From the NCBI RefSeq assembly GCF_000150275.1, contig NW_002060952.1, positions 1,802,606 to 1,866,605 on the forward strand: a DNA stretch of 64,000 nt, given 5' to 3'. This document shows positions 63,933 through 64,000 of this stretch, piece after piece (within the stretch, counting starts at the first letter, position 1; each line of letters begins with the position of its first letter). Position numbers and translations under genes: made by a program. The notes under the pieces were generated by a model. That model saw only the letters and a list, made by a program, of their open reading frames with translations. It searched no databases and was not told the DNA's origin. Source of the stretch: Trichoplax adhaerens (lineage: Eukaryota; Animalia; Placozoa).

Positions 63933-64000
63933 ATGTCTACAATTACTCTTGATCCTGATCGAGTTCAATATTATGTCTGCCTTCTTCTTAGTGGCATATA
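63933..64000 (+). CDS. Start of second copy of the TPR gene (truncated by window end)
   Basis: ATG TCT ACA ATT ACT CTT GAT CCT GAT CGA = MSTITLDPDRVQYYVCLLLSGI, versus MSTIIIDPDRVQYY in copy 1. Confidence 0.8.
   Translation, partial: MSTITLDPDRVQYYVCLLLSGI

Larger units (their letters stand above)
61182..64000 (+). repeat. Near-identical second copy of 13385-16212 (segmental duplication or uncollapsed haplotype)
   Basis: Colinear from CATAAAYATGATTGATTG to GTGGCATATA (initial offset 47797), with scattered SNPs, short indels and a different minisatellite unit order. Confidence 0.96.

Overview
This is eukaryotic (animal) genomic DNA: very AT-rich, with short spliceosomal introns. The gene style (compact introns, 42-aa TPR array, tandem intronless rhodopsin GPCRs) suggests a placozoan such as Trichoplax, but that is inference. 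In order, the window contains: (1) a multi-exon receptor guanylyl cyclase (+, 5' end outside the window) with an atypical Cys-rich ectodomain; (2) an old ~1.05 kb duplicate of the ALG6 3' end, cut off by a dispersed repeat; (3) ALG6 (-, 11 exons, one U12-type intron); (4) a divergent promoter region with a two-unit (60/54 bp) minisatellite; (5) a single-exon TPR gene with ~28 repeats of 42 aa and a decayed tail; (6) five tandem paralogous class A GPCRs lacking the D2.50 and W6.48 microswitch residues, two of them bracketed by a 149-bp near-perfect inverted repeat pair; (7) a 50-N gap followed by a near-identical second copy of 13385-16212, either an uncollapsed haplotype or a recent segmental duplication. 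No CRISPR array, rRNA, tRNA or intact transposase is supportable. Exon boundaries were read by eye.
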